The notes under the pieces were generated by a model. It saw nothing but the letters and a program-made list of their open reading frames with translations, ran no database searches and was not told the DNA's origin. Below are positions 26,701-41,730 of a DNA stretch of 64,000 nucleotides, piece by piece. The position numbers and the translations under genes were made by a program. How positions within the stretch are numbered: the first letter of the stretch is position 1; each line of letters opens with the position of its first letter. The DNA comes from Octopus vulgaris (lineage: Eukaryota): positions 21,514,001 through 21,578,000 of the forward strand of contig OX597814.1 of assembly GCA_951406725.2 (NCBI GenBank), written 5' to 3'.

Positions 26701-28046
26701 TTTTGAAATATGCGTTGAAGATTTTGACACCCTTTATTTGACACCCTTCTCACACTATGGAAACAAAAAGCATATCAGGTGACACTTTCCAGGGAGTATT
26801 TTTCCCCTCTTTCAAATATCGATAGTAACTAGAACGAGGATTTTCTATAGCTGCTCTACTCCACTCCTTTATATTTCCGTTATTATACCATCTTTTGCTG
26901 GGTCTTTATCTCTGTTCTTCAACTTTAACGCATTCTCTATTTCACTGACCGGACTGGATGGTACTTCTTCCAACAATTGTGACGGTGAAATTAGGGAGAT
27001 TTTGCTGCTTCTTGAAGCAAGGTCTCTCATTGATTCGTATTACACTGATGTCATTTGTGGTGATAATATATATGGCCAAGCTGCCAATATGAAATAGCTG
27101 TTAACATATGCTTTAGATTTTGAAATTAGCAAAATATTGAATGCTTGAAGAAGTAGTATGTGGTTAGAGATGAATACGAAATAGTAGAGATTAAATGTAA
27201 CTTGAGCTTCAAATTTACGCTTCAAACTTACACTGGCAAAATCGCAGCTAATAAGCAAATAGTTATTGATAAATACCATAAATTTATTAATCTTTAGCAG
27301 CAGCGATATGCTAGTATAAACAAACTTTTATATCAATAATTAAAATATATATATCCGTACTGCTTAAGTTGAAAAGTCGCTTCATTACAATCGATGGTCT
27401 GGAGATTACTTCACTCAATATTTATTCAACAATGTTATTGTCAAATGCTAATATATCTTATTCTATGCAGACTCGATGTTATTTTCGATTGTTTAGACAT
27501 TCATACTTGGCGTCTCCCACTCGAATTTACATCCTTTGTAGAGCTTCTAATAGATTTATCAAATTTTGAAGATTAAAAATCTCATTTCCATTTTATTGAT
27601 GTTTCAAGCCTATTATGAGTTAACCATATAGCTCACTGCTAGTTGTACGATGAATGGGCTAGAGAACCAGTTCTTAAAATGAGTGGCAGCCCTCTCTAGG
27701 GGACGTTATGAGCTCACAAGTTGGCAGAAACTATCAAGTGAACAATAATGGAGGAACGCTAGGTATTTGGAGGGGTTGTGATTTTCCATAAGCATAACAT
27801 ATATAAACCACTTACAATACATACATTTTAAGCAGATCACTGTCAAAGTACAATATTAACAGAATGTTGTGTAAAAGGAGAGCAGAACCATGACTTTTTC
27901 AAGAATGGGGTAAACATTAAATTATTCTCCAATCATTTAAAAATATTTTTGTTGAATATTTATAATACTTTTAACAGTTGTTTATGTTTTATCTTCAATG
28001 TATCCAAATGTGTATTCGATTGGTTAACGCCAGTTATAAGGCTGAT

Positions 28047-28450
28047 AGGCAGCGAGCTGGCAGAAACGTTAGCACACCGGGCGAAATGCGTAGCCGTATT
28101 TCGTCTGCCGTTACGTTGTGAGTTCAAATTCCACCGAGGTCGACTTTGCCTTTCATCCTTTCGGGGTCGATAAATTAAGTACCAGTTACGCACTGGAGTC
28201 GATGTAATCGACTTAATCCGTTTGTCTGTCCTTGTTTGTCCTCTTTATGTTTAGCCCCTTGTAGGTAATAAAGAAATAGGTATTTCGTCTGTCTTTACGT
28301 TCTGAGTTCAAATTCCGCCGAGGTCGACTTTGCATTTCATCCCTTCGGTGTCGATAAATTAAGTACCAGTTGCGTACTGGGGTTGATCTAATCGACTGGC
28401 CCCTTCCCTCAAAATTTCGGGCGGGTCTTGTGCCTAGAGGGGAAAAGAAT
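28047..28450 (+). mobile_element. tRNA-derived SINE family A, internally duplicated (dimeric) form
   Basis: Head ggcagcgagctggcagaaacgttagc, B box gagttcaaattcc; core gtatttcgtctg...aagtaccagtt repeated at ~28097 and ~28280. Confidence 0.9.
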
Positions 28451-31400
28451 AAGGCTGATAGTATTTTATTTGAAATTTTGTTAATAATATTTATTTTCTA
28501 ATTTTTTTATTTATATGCACTAATAACTTGAAATCATCTTCTTTAGCAGTTTCTAGAGAGAGAATAAAAAAGGGGCACACGTTGGATGATAAACTGTTAC
28601 GAAATCTGGGTAATAAATCAGGCCACTCAGTTAACTTCTGATTTATTTATTTATTTGCTAAACATGAAGCGTTCTTTTGTGAAATGCTATCCGGTGAAAA
28701 GGAACAACGAGTTTCAGTTAATAAATCAGATTAGAACAAGATGAATGTACATACGGGGTATCATTCGCACGTATCACGTATTTTGTCTTGTAAAATTAAG
28801 CCTAGCTGAGCCTTTTTAACAGTTTGGAATGAGGATCGAACCCACTAGCTTCAGTGTAATTTAACAACATGTAAAGATACATTCACCTCTCCTTTTCAAA
28901 CTGACTATGATAATAGATGAAGGCTACTTATTAAATTGTAAACGAGTATGTACCTAGGCGTAAAGATAAGTTTGATGTCATCCCTAGAGTTGCATCAAGC
29001 GTTTATCAACATGATTGAACTTATCATCGTTCTGCAATACAACATAATTTCTAAATCGAGATCAATCGAAATCGTTATCAATGCCTACTAATCTTTATTG
29101 GTTGTTTAGTCACAGTGAATAAATATCTATCCATACACTTGTATTAAATAATATATGATACTGCAATCTAGAAACTAACCAAATAAATATTTGTTTACTT
29201 GACTTTTTTTCTTTCATAAAAGAAATATTCCAGATCATTCTTTGTGCTGATCAGGACTTCATTATTTCTTTCATTATTTTTGTATCCTGTATAAATCCAA
29301 AACCGAGAGATAGGAAATAGCTTAAGAGAACAAATGTTGTAACAGGAAATTGGAATCATTAGCTATACAAATAGGGGGAAATAAAATGAGTGAGAAATAG
29401 GGAATTTCAAAACTACGACAATAGCAATTACATCTGTCAAATAGATGTTTTACAATGGAGCAAATACAGAATGGATAAGTTTTTAGCTTTTTTTTTTCCA
29501 GAATCTCTGCAAGGATTTCATGTGAGTCATTCTTTGGCAGATAATTCTATCAGATAATATAATTTCTATTTATATTAGTACATCGAAATGAAAAATATAT
29601 ATGCTCTTCAATTGTTGGTTATTAAATAAGTATAATATAGAAAGAACACGAATGTCGGAGATAATATATATGATGTTCATGTGTATATGCAGTCATAGGC
29701 ATGTGCCTATACACGTGAATGTAAGAACACATACATGAATATATATACACACACACACACATGAATACGTGCATACATATGAAAATTATGTATATATGTA
29801 CACAAATGTTTATAATATATATACACACATACGACGAACACACACATATAATTATATACATAAGGAATTATATAATTAGATATGTATAGATGTTTTTATA
29901 TACATGAACGTAATTATAATTATTAGCTTTCCGTATGACTTGTTGGTTCCTTACCCCCCATATGTGTATTTGTATGTATGTATGTATGCACAAATACGTG
30001 TGTGTGTTGAGCTGTAAACGGAAAGTATATTTTACAGTGCAACGATTTACTATATTGCAATCAAAAATAAAAACGTATGTGTAATTTATAATAGACCTCA
30101 CACCGTCCTACAATATAATTTGGTTACAAAGGAAAATGATTACCTGCCATCTCTTTAACCTCCTACACCTCTTCCCACCGAGTCACTTTCTTCCTCTCTT
30201 TCCCCAACGACAGTAACAGCAAAGGCTGTAGTAGTAGGAAAACTACAGTCGTGATAAGAAGTAACGACCTGTGTTATTTAATAGTACCACTCAGCGATAA
30301 CTAATCAAGTAGCAGCAATTTTTCTTTGGAATAAATTGAATTTATCCGCCACGTTTGCAATAATAGATGGATATTGAAATGAGAGCGTTTCCCATGGAAT
30401 GTACTGCAAAGTCTCATAGATCTGTTCAGATTAGCTTCTGCTCTTTTTATTAAAGATTTCGTGTTATTCAAGTGAGATGGAATTAAATGACTTATTAATC
30501 GATAAAACAATGATAGATACGGAATATCGAGTCGAAAAATCAAACATTATGTCTTGAAAGCATTTAGTACGTGAGGATTTACATTTGAAAATCTGTATCT
30601 GGAGATAAGGTACTGCAAATGTATTAAATTCGGTTCACACTAAGCGTGTGATACATGAATAGTTCGATTGTAATTCGCCTTCGATCTCTTCTCGAACAAC
30701 ATTATCAACTCTGTTCGCTTCAATTTACCTTGCTTGGAAAATAGATTTATATACCGTTCTCCCTACAGGTAAATATGTTTGCAATAAATTAGCGTCCTTT
30801 CAAGAGAAAATAGGTCCAAGTTTGTTTTATTTGCTTAATGTTATGGAAATGTGGAATGGTTCCATGAAGCATTGTGAAATGTTTACAGACAGTACCCAAT
30901 TATATGCTTAGTGTTACGATTTGGTTAGCCACAATTTTTTTGTTTCAGAGAAGATGAATTAGGAAATATGACTTCCATTAATAGCCTGAGAGAAATGAAA
31001 TGTTTTCAATCAGAGATAAAAACTTAGTTACCTGCACTTTAGTAAGTTCGGTTACAATTTTTTAGGTTATTCATAACTATATATGATATTGCATTGATAG
31101 ATGTATTACTGCTTGACCGTTCGTATTAGGAAACTCCGTTGACTAAATCTGCTTTAGTGCATATGTACATGTAAAGAAAGTACATTTAACAAAGTAAATA
31201 CTTTGTGTTATTTGTTATACGTGTAGTTATGGGAATATTCTGATACTTAATAACCTTTCGTATTAAGAACCACCATTGACTAAATATGCCCAAGCGCATA
31301 TGTACAAATATAGAAATGAGCTAAAGAGAAAGTGCACTAACAAGGCAAATATTTTTCGTAGGCGTAAGATGAAACGTTTTCACAAAGCCGATTTATAACT

Positions 31401-31796
31401 CATGGAATCCACTGAACTTATCAGGCCGGAAGTATAATATCTATTGGAGAAACTTGAACAGCTTTCAAAATACGGACTGAATTTAAATCAATAAAACAAT
31501 TTATGTAACAAATGTCGTTGAGTAGCGATAAAACTTAGCTCACCTTCTAATATCATTTCACTTTGTGAAGTCTCTAACACCCTGGTTAATTTACCAGGGT
31601 AAATTTATATATATTAGAATTCATGAGTTCGCCTTCATACAACGTATGGGAACTTTCTGGGCTTTTTAGGGTTTTTTTTATAATACAATAGTATATGTAG
31701 AGACGAAAGTTTACAAAGAAGGATACATGTAGATTATCCATTTCTTAGTTTATTGTTGCTTTTTATTTTATTTTGTCATCAGTATTAAAAAAGTTT

Positions 31797-31946
31797 ATAC
31801 AGTTTTATATTTAAGAGATTAGGAATTATGTACATTATTTACATTTGACGAATAGTTGTCCTCGTCTTGTTTGTTGTTAACACAACGTTTCGGCTCATAT
31901 ACCCTCCAGCCTTCATCGGGTGTTTTGGGGAAATTTCGAACCTAGG
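31797..31946 (-). mobile_element. Inverted 3' segment of a hammerhead-bearing element
   Basis: 31828-31946 is the reverse complement of 35026-35142. Confidence 0.85.
31879..31924 (-). ncRNA. Minimal type I hammerhead-like motif (one core substitution)
   Basis: aacac-CCGATGA-a-ggctg(gagggtatat)gagcc-GAAA-cg-TT-gtgtt. Confidence 0.7.
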
Positions 31947-32007
31947 TGGTTAAGAGCGCGGGCTACTAACCCCAAGATTCCGAGTTCGATTCCAAGCAGT
32001 GACCTGA
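31941..32007 (+). promoter_or_regulatory. tRNA-derived head (Pol III A/B boxes) followed directly by (TAA)n
   Basis: ctaggtggttaagagc (A box/D arm), gggctactaaccc anticodon-like arm, gagttcgattcc (B box). Confidence 0.75.
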
Positions 32008-32018
32008 ATAATAATAAT

Positions 32019-32694
32019 AAAGTAACTGCAGAATATGTGGAGATGGACAAGAAACAATAAATCACATTATCTCTAGCTGCCCAGTCCTGGCTAAGAAGGA
32101 ATATATTCACAGACATGACAGAGTTGGAACCTACATACATTGGAAGCTATGCCAACATTATGGAATAACAACAGAAAAAAGATGGTATAGGCACACACCA
32201 GAAAAGGTCACAGAAAACGAGAAAGCAACCATACTCTGGGATATGCCGATACACACAGATAGAGAAATTAAGGCCAACAGACCAGATATAGTTGTCAGAG
32301 ATCATGAAGACAAAAAATGCTTTCTAATTGATGTATCAATACCGGCAGATGACAACGTGTCTCTAAAAGAAATGGAGAAACTCTCAAAATACAAAGACCT
32401 GGAAATAGAGGTAACTAGAATGTGGAACCTGAAAACAGAAACAATTCCTATCATAGTAGGTGCATTAGGCATGATAAAAAAATATTCAGACAAATACATA
32501 ACAAAAACACCAGGACTTACAAACACATATAACATACAGAAAATTGCACTACTAGGCACTGCACACATCCTACGAAGAACACTTTCCATACAATAACCAT
32601 CAGAGCATCACAACAAATCACAGCACATACCCAAGGCACACAGAGCTGCGCTCGGTAGTGAAGTGAAAGCACGCTATAAAAATAAAACTACTGA
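32019..32694 (+). mobile_element. 5'-truncated R4/Dong-type non-LTR retrotransposon, copy 1, in (TAA)n
   Basis: CRICG..ETINHIISSC zinc finger and REL endonuclease RPDIVVRD..LIDVS..KLSKY; TAA tracts on both sides. Confidence 0.9.
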
Positions 32695-32721
32695 GTAATA
32701 ATAATAATAATAATAATAATA

Positions 32722-33278
32722 AATGCCCTGATGCAGTACCAGGCAGTGGCTCTCATGACTTCTGATCTTAACTGATTAGAAGTATTATCATGTACATTGT
32801 TTTGTCTTGGTATAAAAGATGGGCTACAGCAAATATTCTGCTCAATACCACAGATTTGCTTGTCAGTTGTTTGACTTTAACCAGTTGAGCATGTCCCTTA
32901 GTGGCTGACGATATCTGCATCTCTGATCATGAGCAGAAGTAGTGGGGGAGCATCATAGCCATGTGTTGAGAGGGATTCTTAGGGGTTTGAATAATTCACC
33001 TCTGGAAACATGGGTGTTTCGTTCAACATCCTTTAACAACCCTTATTCAGGGACCTTTCGAGTGGGATGGGTTACTCGACCTGAAGAAAATTCTAACTGG
33101 GCCCCACCTGCAAGGTCATGTGCTGTTTATTTTGATATGAAATCACCATGTCGCGCACATATGGTTGTGATGCATGTGCCTAGTGTACCCTTATCAGACG
33201 GGTAGTCATGATGGGTATACTGGGTTTCGTATATTTTACCCCAGTGTCACTTTGATGGCATGCACTGCTCTCTCACTC
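32722..33278 (+). mobile_element. Unclassified ~560-bp insertion in (TAA)n (possibly the 3' UTR or a non-autonomous partner of another TAA-specific LINE)
   Basis: Bounded by (TAA)n on both sides; higher GC than flanks; no credible ORF. Confidence 0.55.
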
Positions 33279-35010
<1,732 letters not shown>

Positions 35011-35047
35011 TCTTAGGAATGAGAACCTAGGTTCGAAATTTCCCCTA

Positions 35048-35093
35048 AACACCTAATGAAAACTGGAGGGCATATGAGCCGAAACGTTGTGTT
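35048..35093 (+). ncRNA. Degenerate minimal type I hammerhead-like motif
   Basis: aacac-CTAATGA-a-aactg(gagggcatat)gagcc-GAAA-cg-TT-gtgtt; sister of 31879-31924, consensus core CTGATGA. Confidence 0.6.
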
Positions 35094-36560
35094 AACAACA
35101 AACAAGACGAGGACAAACATCCGTCAAATGTAAATAATGTATAAAAGTTAGTTCGAATGAAAAGAAACAATATAATCACCAGAAAATATAAGGGTGTTTT
35201 CTTACGTCATACAGTATGCATGGGAAAACTTTTCGTAAATTGGCAAAAGATTTCAACTAACTCTGCTAATTCCTCCTCACCGCTTTTGCAGACAATTCTT
35301 CTTCCTATTCCATACTCTACCTACATAGAAACCACTTTTATGAACCCAATCCATATTTCCTCGATAAACACGGTCACCAAGTGCAAAATCTTCTCCAGTT
35401 TCTCAAATCAAACAAGGAGATTGGATTTCCCAGTTACCCCGCCATTATTTTCAGTCAGACATTGTTAAAAAGTTGTATTTCCTATATCTCTAAAATTTCT
35501 CTCTCAGAATGCACAACACATGGAAAGATGGCTGTGTCAGCTCTTCCAAAAACCAGGAAAAACAAACACTTTTCTGTTCCTGCCAACCGCAGCTTTATCT
35601 AATCATCTTCTAATGTCTAAAATAAAGTATAGACAGCCACAAATGATCCCCTTTTCCATCTCCCCAATATGACTTCTTTCCATAGTATCAGATCTACTAA
35701 AGAACTGCTTTCCTATGTCTTCTTCAACAGGTATCCGTCCGTGAGAACTTTGATGAATAAACTGTTTTTGCTCTTTGCCTTGTCTACATGAAATGTAGGA
35801 ATGTTTACCAGAAGGCTACAGTCATATTTCATCTCTAGGATCAGCGTCTGCTGGAGGCGGAGCTTATACCGATCCACACTCAATAATTGTGGGCTGCCGC
35901 AGTATTCAGGTATGGGTTCTCCCTGATTTTGATGATACACATGTACGTACTGCTACTTCTAACCACACTGTTTTCTATACAAGATTATATTACCCTTTAA
36001 AGTTATTTAACTTTATCAAAAGTGGTCTTGGAAAATTTCCGTCAACAACACAAAGACAGAGTCACAATTCATTACTTCTCCCTTGCGCATGAAAAATCCA
36101 CAAAAAAACCCAAAAACATCAAATTTGTTTCAATACTAGCTTGCACAATATTTTATAGCATTTCATGGCAACCAATATATCTATGATAATGCTGGGGTCT
36201 AAAATTCAAAAGGCACGCTGCATATCTAGGATTACATAATACTTCAGCTAAGACTGGCTATAAAGTACAAATAAGTCTCATATTAGAATACTGCATCCCT
36301 ACCAGAGCATGAATAAGTAAATTGTTCCTCTCTTCTTTGTCATCATCTCACTAAATACTTTGCTCAGTCCTTCTTCTCAAAATGCATTCCTTTTTAATTC
36401 CATTTTTATGTAAGTTGTGTTATCGCTTCTTAACCGCCATGTCAGAACACCTATGATTATTTTTTTTTTTTGTCGTCCCATCTTTCCCCGAGTATCTAAG
36501 GCATCGTTATCATATATGTCCTGTTGTGTGTAATATGTTTGGTTCATCTGAGAGAATATT

Positions 36561-36563
<3 letters not shown>

Positions 36564-36616
<53 letters not shown>
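36564..36616. repeat. (GA)n microsatellite
   Basis: Direct reading. Confidence 0.95.
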
Positions 36617-36618
<2 letters not shown>

Positions 36619-37611
36619 GAAAGGTTTGGTTGCAATTTCTAGCACATCAATCAATCACATACAGGCTCATTTACTCGCTCAATTTCCATACGGGCATCAG
36701 TCTAGACTAGTTTCAACTGAACATCGATAACATCGATCAAACCAAGTAAAGGTCACTGACACCGCCGCTCATCCTTTCATTAATAATAATGAGAATTTTA
36801 ATTAATCAATTGCTCTAATGTTCCAGAGTAAACGGTATGTCAGTTCTAGCTCTGACAATGATGATCAATTCTAAAATCCAGAAATAATTAACTGCAGGAG
36901 TTGTTTCTCGGCGTGGTGTAGTGATTGTATTTGAAAATGTATATTTTGCACAAGTCACGATACTGTTTAGATCAGACAGTAAGTATAACTCTGAAACCAC
37001 AGAGTCATATCGTGTTTTCCCACTAGCATTAGTAACATACTTCAACAGGGATGTTGCAACTGGGAATCAAAACAGGGTCGTAACTTCCGCTCTAAAAGAT
37101 GCAGCGACGGCAGTGCGGCGCCTGCAATCAAGTATAACACATGGAAACAAATAGAAGATAATAAGATTTCTGGTTTGTTAGAGAAATTCGAGAAAATATA
37201 AAAGGCATCAGATTTAAAGTGAATATATAAACTATAATCAAGAAATTTCAATAAACATATCCCAGGAGTTTTCAATAACATAAATCCCAACTGTATACAT
37301 AAGAACTGTACGAAATTATGTAAACACACGCATATGTGTGCATTACATACATTCATGTTGGTACGAATATATATGTGCGCTTGCGTGTCTGTGTGTGTAC
37401 ATATATATGTATATATGTATGCATACGTATACATATATTATTCAGTTTTGCATCCATATAGATTTTATACACAATCACACACACGTTTCACTGATAATTC
37501 TCTACCAATTCTCGGTGAAACGAAACAGTTATTTCTGTAAACCTTAGGTAATGAAAAAATATATAACATTCTACATCTTTCAGTATCGAATGCTTTATAT
37601 TGTGTGCACGT

Positions 37612-37692
<81 letters not shown>

Positions 37693-37857
37693 ATAAAATG
37701 TGTATATTGATTCCTCTTTAATAAAATCAGCTGCCATATAAAAAGGAAGTGTAATTAAATCATAAGACAGAAAATAGTCATTTGTGGAACATGGCCCTTT
37801 CGGTACAGGTACTTGGATACTCATACAATCATTTGAGAACATAGAGAGATCTCTCTC

Positions 37858-37887
<30 letters not shown>

Positions 37888-37888
<1 letters not shown>

Positions 37889-38291
37889 TAATAGTTATCG
37901 CCATACTAATATGGCATTCTTATAAAAATAAGAATAAAGCTGTCCGCTTATTAGCTCCATGAGGCCATCGCCTTAAGTTAGCTATTTGATACACAAACTG
38001 TATCCATATAACCTTCGAACAAGGGAGGTCAAGTCGCTCCACACTACTTGATCGACAGCTACAGACGCGTTTCGGGGTATTGCCCCTTTTCAATGTAGCG
38101 TAGTCAGACCAGTAGGTGTCGCTTCCGACAATCCCTAATAGCTAACTTAAGGCGATGGCCTCATGGAGCTAATAAGCGGACAGCTTTATTCTTATTTTTA
38201 TAAGAATGCCATATTAGTATGGCGATAACTATTAATTTCCAGGAACGCTGCCGTGTTCTCTTTTAGAGAGACTTAGTAATTTTAATATTTC

Positions 38292-38295
<4 letters not shown>
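37888..38295 (-). mobile_element. Small element between (TA)n tracts with 99-bp inverted arms (37888-37986 / 38137-38235) and an HHR-like motif
   Basis: ttaatagttatcgcc...ttagctatt versus aatagctaa...ggcgataactattaa. Confidence 0.8.
38058..38099 (-). ncRNA. Type I hammerhead-like motif with two core transitions
   Basis: gctaca-TTGAAAA-gggg(caata)cccc-GAAA-cgcg-TC-tgtagc; perfect 6-bp stem I. Confidence 0.7.
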
Positions 38296-38336
<41 letters not shown>

Positions 38337-38337
<1 letters not shown>

Positions 38338-38483
38338 CTCTTTTACTCTTTTACTCTTTTACTTGTTTCAGTCATTTGACTGCGGCTATGCTGGAGCACC
38401 GCCTTTAATCGAGCAACTCGACCCCGGGACTTATTCTTTTGTAAGCCCGGTACTTATTCTATCGGTCTCTTTTGCCGAACCGC

Positions 38484-38486
<3 letters not shown>
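38337..38486 (-). mobile_element. SINE family B 3' half, truncated at (TA)n
   Basis: (ctctttta)n cttgtttcagtcatttgactgcggc...gccgaaccgctaa. Confidence 0.85.
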
Positions 38487-38565
<79 letters not shown>

Positions 38566-38587
38566 TACATGCATACATATATAAAGT

Positions 38588-38830
38588 GTACCCACGCTTA
38601 TTCGCGGTTCGGTATTTGTGGTCCTGGTTATTCACGAAACTAATAATTGTTCGCTGAAACCACCGTATATTCGCGGAATTGCAGATATCGTCCGCAATAT
38701 TTTATGGCATTTTTTTCATGGCAATATACGTTTTCACAGTTTTTAAGGCTAAATTATTAATAATAATATACCATATTTACCGGCTTACTGGACGCCCCTT
38801 CGCAGCTGAAGTTCCCTCTGATTAGAACAG
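38588..38830. mobile_element. Tigger/pogo-like terminal fragments
   Basis: tacccacgcttattcgcgg and accgtatattcgcgg resemble pogo-family termini. Confidence 0.3.
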
Positions 38831-39137
38831 CCGCGCATCACGACGTTTGATTTTTAAAGTTCCAAGTACACTGTATCTTGTATCTCTTATTCCTGCTTTC
38901 AATTAAAGCTTCCTAATTTGTATAGCGACATCATTTATACTTCACAGATAAACACACTCTCTCCCTCTTTCTCTGTATCTGTTTCTCAACAACACCAAAC
39001 TCTCATTGTAGTGAAGGTATATATATATATATATATATAATAGTCACAAATCTATTACAGACAAGATAGGAAAAAATATCAGTGAACAATAATAATGTCG
39101 TACCTCAAATGGGTCAGAACAAGTAAATGCTGATCAA

Positions 39138-39195
39138 CTCGGTACCGGTTTCGAAATTTAGCGCCACCTAGGCGCGTGATTTCTCATCACCCAAA
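39138..39195 (-). ncRNA. Type I hammerhead-like motif with extended stem II
   Basis: tttgg-GTGATGA-gaaat..gcgcc..ggcgc..atttc-GAAA-ccgg-TA-ccgag. Confidence 0.65.
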
Positions 39196-39311
39196 GTCCG
39201 CCAATTAAATAACTATTAACATTCTCCCCCATCATGCCTGCGAAAGGTCGTTTGAAGTGACCAAGCACCGTACGAACAAACGAAATGCGTAAAATTATTT
39301 ATAAATAAATA

Positions 39312-39411
39312 TAGGGATGGTATTATTAAAACACCATCACAAGTGGTAAGCGAATTATCAGCCGATAATTCGCTTACTACTTCTGATGGTATTTTAATAA
39401 TACCATCCCTA
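39312..39411. repeat. ~100-bp near-perfect palindrome
   Basis: tagggatggtattattaaaa..gtaagcgaattatc / gataattcgcttac..ttttaataataccatcccta. Confidence 0.9.
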
Positions 39412-39645
39412 GTGTATCGCACCAGCATTATTTGGGCTAGCGATGACAGATCAAACATATATACAACTCGAGACTGAACGTTAAATTTATACCAGCGCTT
39501 TTTTTCAATCATCGCTGCATTTGATCATACACTTTGTTTATTTCAACAGGATAATTTTCAAGGTAGTGCGCCAATTTCGCCTCATTGAAATTAGGTTACT
39601 TACTGTTTCCCTCCCTCTCCTCCCCCCCCTCTCTCTCTCTCTCTC

Positions 39646-39712
<67 letters not shown>

Positions 39713-39716
<4 letters not shown>

Positions 39717-40265
39717 TAGTTTTATTTTTATAGCGTGCTTTCACTTCACTACCGAGCGCAGCTCTGTGTGCCTTGGGTATGTGCTGTGATTTGTTGTGAT
39801 GCTCCGATGGTTATTGTATGGAAAGTGTTCTGCGTAGGATGTGTGCAGTGCCTAGTAGTGCAATTTTCTGTATGTTATATGTGTTTGTAAGTCCTGGTGT
39901 TTTTGTTATGTATTTGTCTGAATATTTTTTTATCATGCCTAATGCACCTACTATGATAGGAATTGTTTCTGTTTTCAGGTTCCACATTCTTGTTACCTCT
40001 ATTTCCAGGTCTTTGTATTTTGAGAGTTTCTCCATTTCTTTTAGAGACATGTTGTCATCTGCCGGTATTGATACATCAATTAGAAAGCATTTTTTTCTTC
40101 ATGATCTCTGACAACTATATCTGGTCTGTTGGCCTTAATTTCTCTATCTGTGTGTATCGGCATATCCCAGAGTATGGTTGCTTTCTCGTTTTCTGTGACC
40201 TTTTCTGGTGTGTGCCTATACCATCTTGACACACCAGAAAAGGTCACAGAAAACGAGAAAGCAAC

Positions 40266-40267
<2 letters not shown>
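39713..40267 (-). mobile_element. 5'-truncated R4/Dong-type LINE, copy 3, in (TTA)n, with a 5' fold-back
   Basis: Near-identical to copies 1 and 2; (TTA)n on both sides; 40229-40267 is an inverted copy of 40175-40213. Confidence 0.92.
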
Positions 40268-40338
<71 letters not shown>

Positions 40339-40553
40339 GTATAAATCACTGTATCTACAGGTAACACGAGCTAAGTTTTTTCAAAATCATGATTATTTTA
40401 AGAATATATATGCGTGTGTGTGTGTGTGTGTTGTGTGTGTGTATGTTTAAATAATTATATAATGCTTATATATATAGAGAGAGAGAAAGAGAGAGACACG
40501 TACATACATATATATATGTATTATATATATATATATATATATGTGTAGTGTGT

Positions 40554-40594
<41 letters not shown>

Positions 40595-40630
40595 CATATA
40601 TATGCGTGCGTGTTTGTGTGTGTATATATA

Positions 40631-41059
40631 CTCTTTTATTTGTTTCAGTCATTTGACTGTGGCTATGCTGGAGCACCGCTTTTAGTCGAGCAAATCGACC
40701 CCAGGACTTAATTTTTTGTAAGCCCAGTACTTATTCTATCGGTCTCTTTTGCCGAACCGCTAAGTTACGCTACGTTACACACCAGCATAGGTTGTCAAGC
40801 GATGTTGGGGGGACAAACACAAACATATACACACACATACATATATATATATATATACATATATACGACGGGCTTCTTTCAGTTTCCTTCTACCAAATCC
40901 ACTCACAAGGCTTTGGTCGGCCTGAGGCTATAGTAGAAGACACTTGCCCAAGGTGCCACGCAATGGGACTGAACCCGGAACCATGTGATTCGTAAGCAAG
41001 CTACTAGCCACACAGCCACTCCTACGCCTAGCTACTTACCACACAGCCACTCATACGCC
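40631..41059 (-). mobile_element. SINE family B copy with a ~31-bp tandem duplication of its 5' end
   Basis: Homologous to 15840-16326; gctact..ccacacagccactc.tacgcct occurs twice. Confidence 0.9.
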
Positions 41060-41225
41060 TTATAAACATATATATATATATATATATACGTATGTATATA
41101 TATATATATGTTATTTAGGAATAGTAGTCCCCTATTTATATATATATTATATATATTATAGGTGAATTTAATTTAATACTTACATGTATAAAAGAATTTA
41201 ATTTAATACTTACTACTCATTTCAC

Positions 41226-41319
41226 AGCTACACGTGTTTCTTGAGGTTCTATTACGGTTCCTTAAGCACGCAGTGTTTTACAAGAACTTTTCTTAAGATA
41301 TAGCCCCAATCATCAGGCC
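41226..41319 (-). ncRNA. Type I hammerhead-like motif, intact core, long stem II insertion
   Basis: ggc-CTGATGA-ttgggg...(~57 nt)...cctcaa-GAAA-cacgtg-TA-gct. Confidence 0.6.
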
Positions 41320-41493
41320 TCTAAGTAACTTTATCATAATTCGATACCAAATACTATATTTTAATTTTAACAGATAAGTATGTGTATGTGTAAATAGATT
41401 CGCCGGACCTTACTATGCAAGCCATAATTTAAGGACCATGGTAGTCAACGGTAGTTTGTACATATACATGTAAGTATAAAAAATGATATATAT

Positions 41494-41668
41494 ATAATAT
41501 GCTTTGGGTAAACATTAAAAGTATAAAGAGAAGTAATATATAGTATTATACCATATATTTAAGTATCAAATTGATATAAGGGCAAATATATTTATAAAAC
41601 TTTAATAAGGGTGTATAAATAAGTGAAAATATAAAATTAAAATAACTTGGATAAAGTTATAGGCAATA

Positions 41669-41730
<62 letters not shown>

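Noticed and set aside
31941-32007. Functional tRNA gene
   Set aside because: No acceptor stem; 5' end truncated and followed by TAA; it is a tRNA-derived head
35280-36350. Decayed LINE on the minus strand
   Set aside because: Compositional impression only; no diagnostic motif recovered
36815-37154. Possible host exon on the minus strand after a ttgattgcag acceptor
   Set aside because: All three frames stop within about 30 codons and there is no recognisable protein similarity
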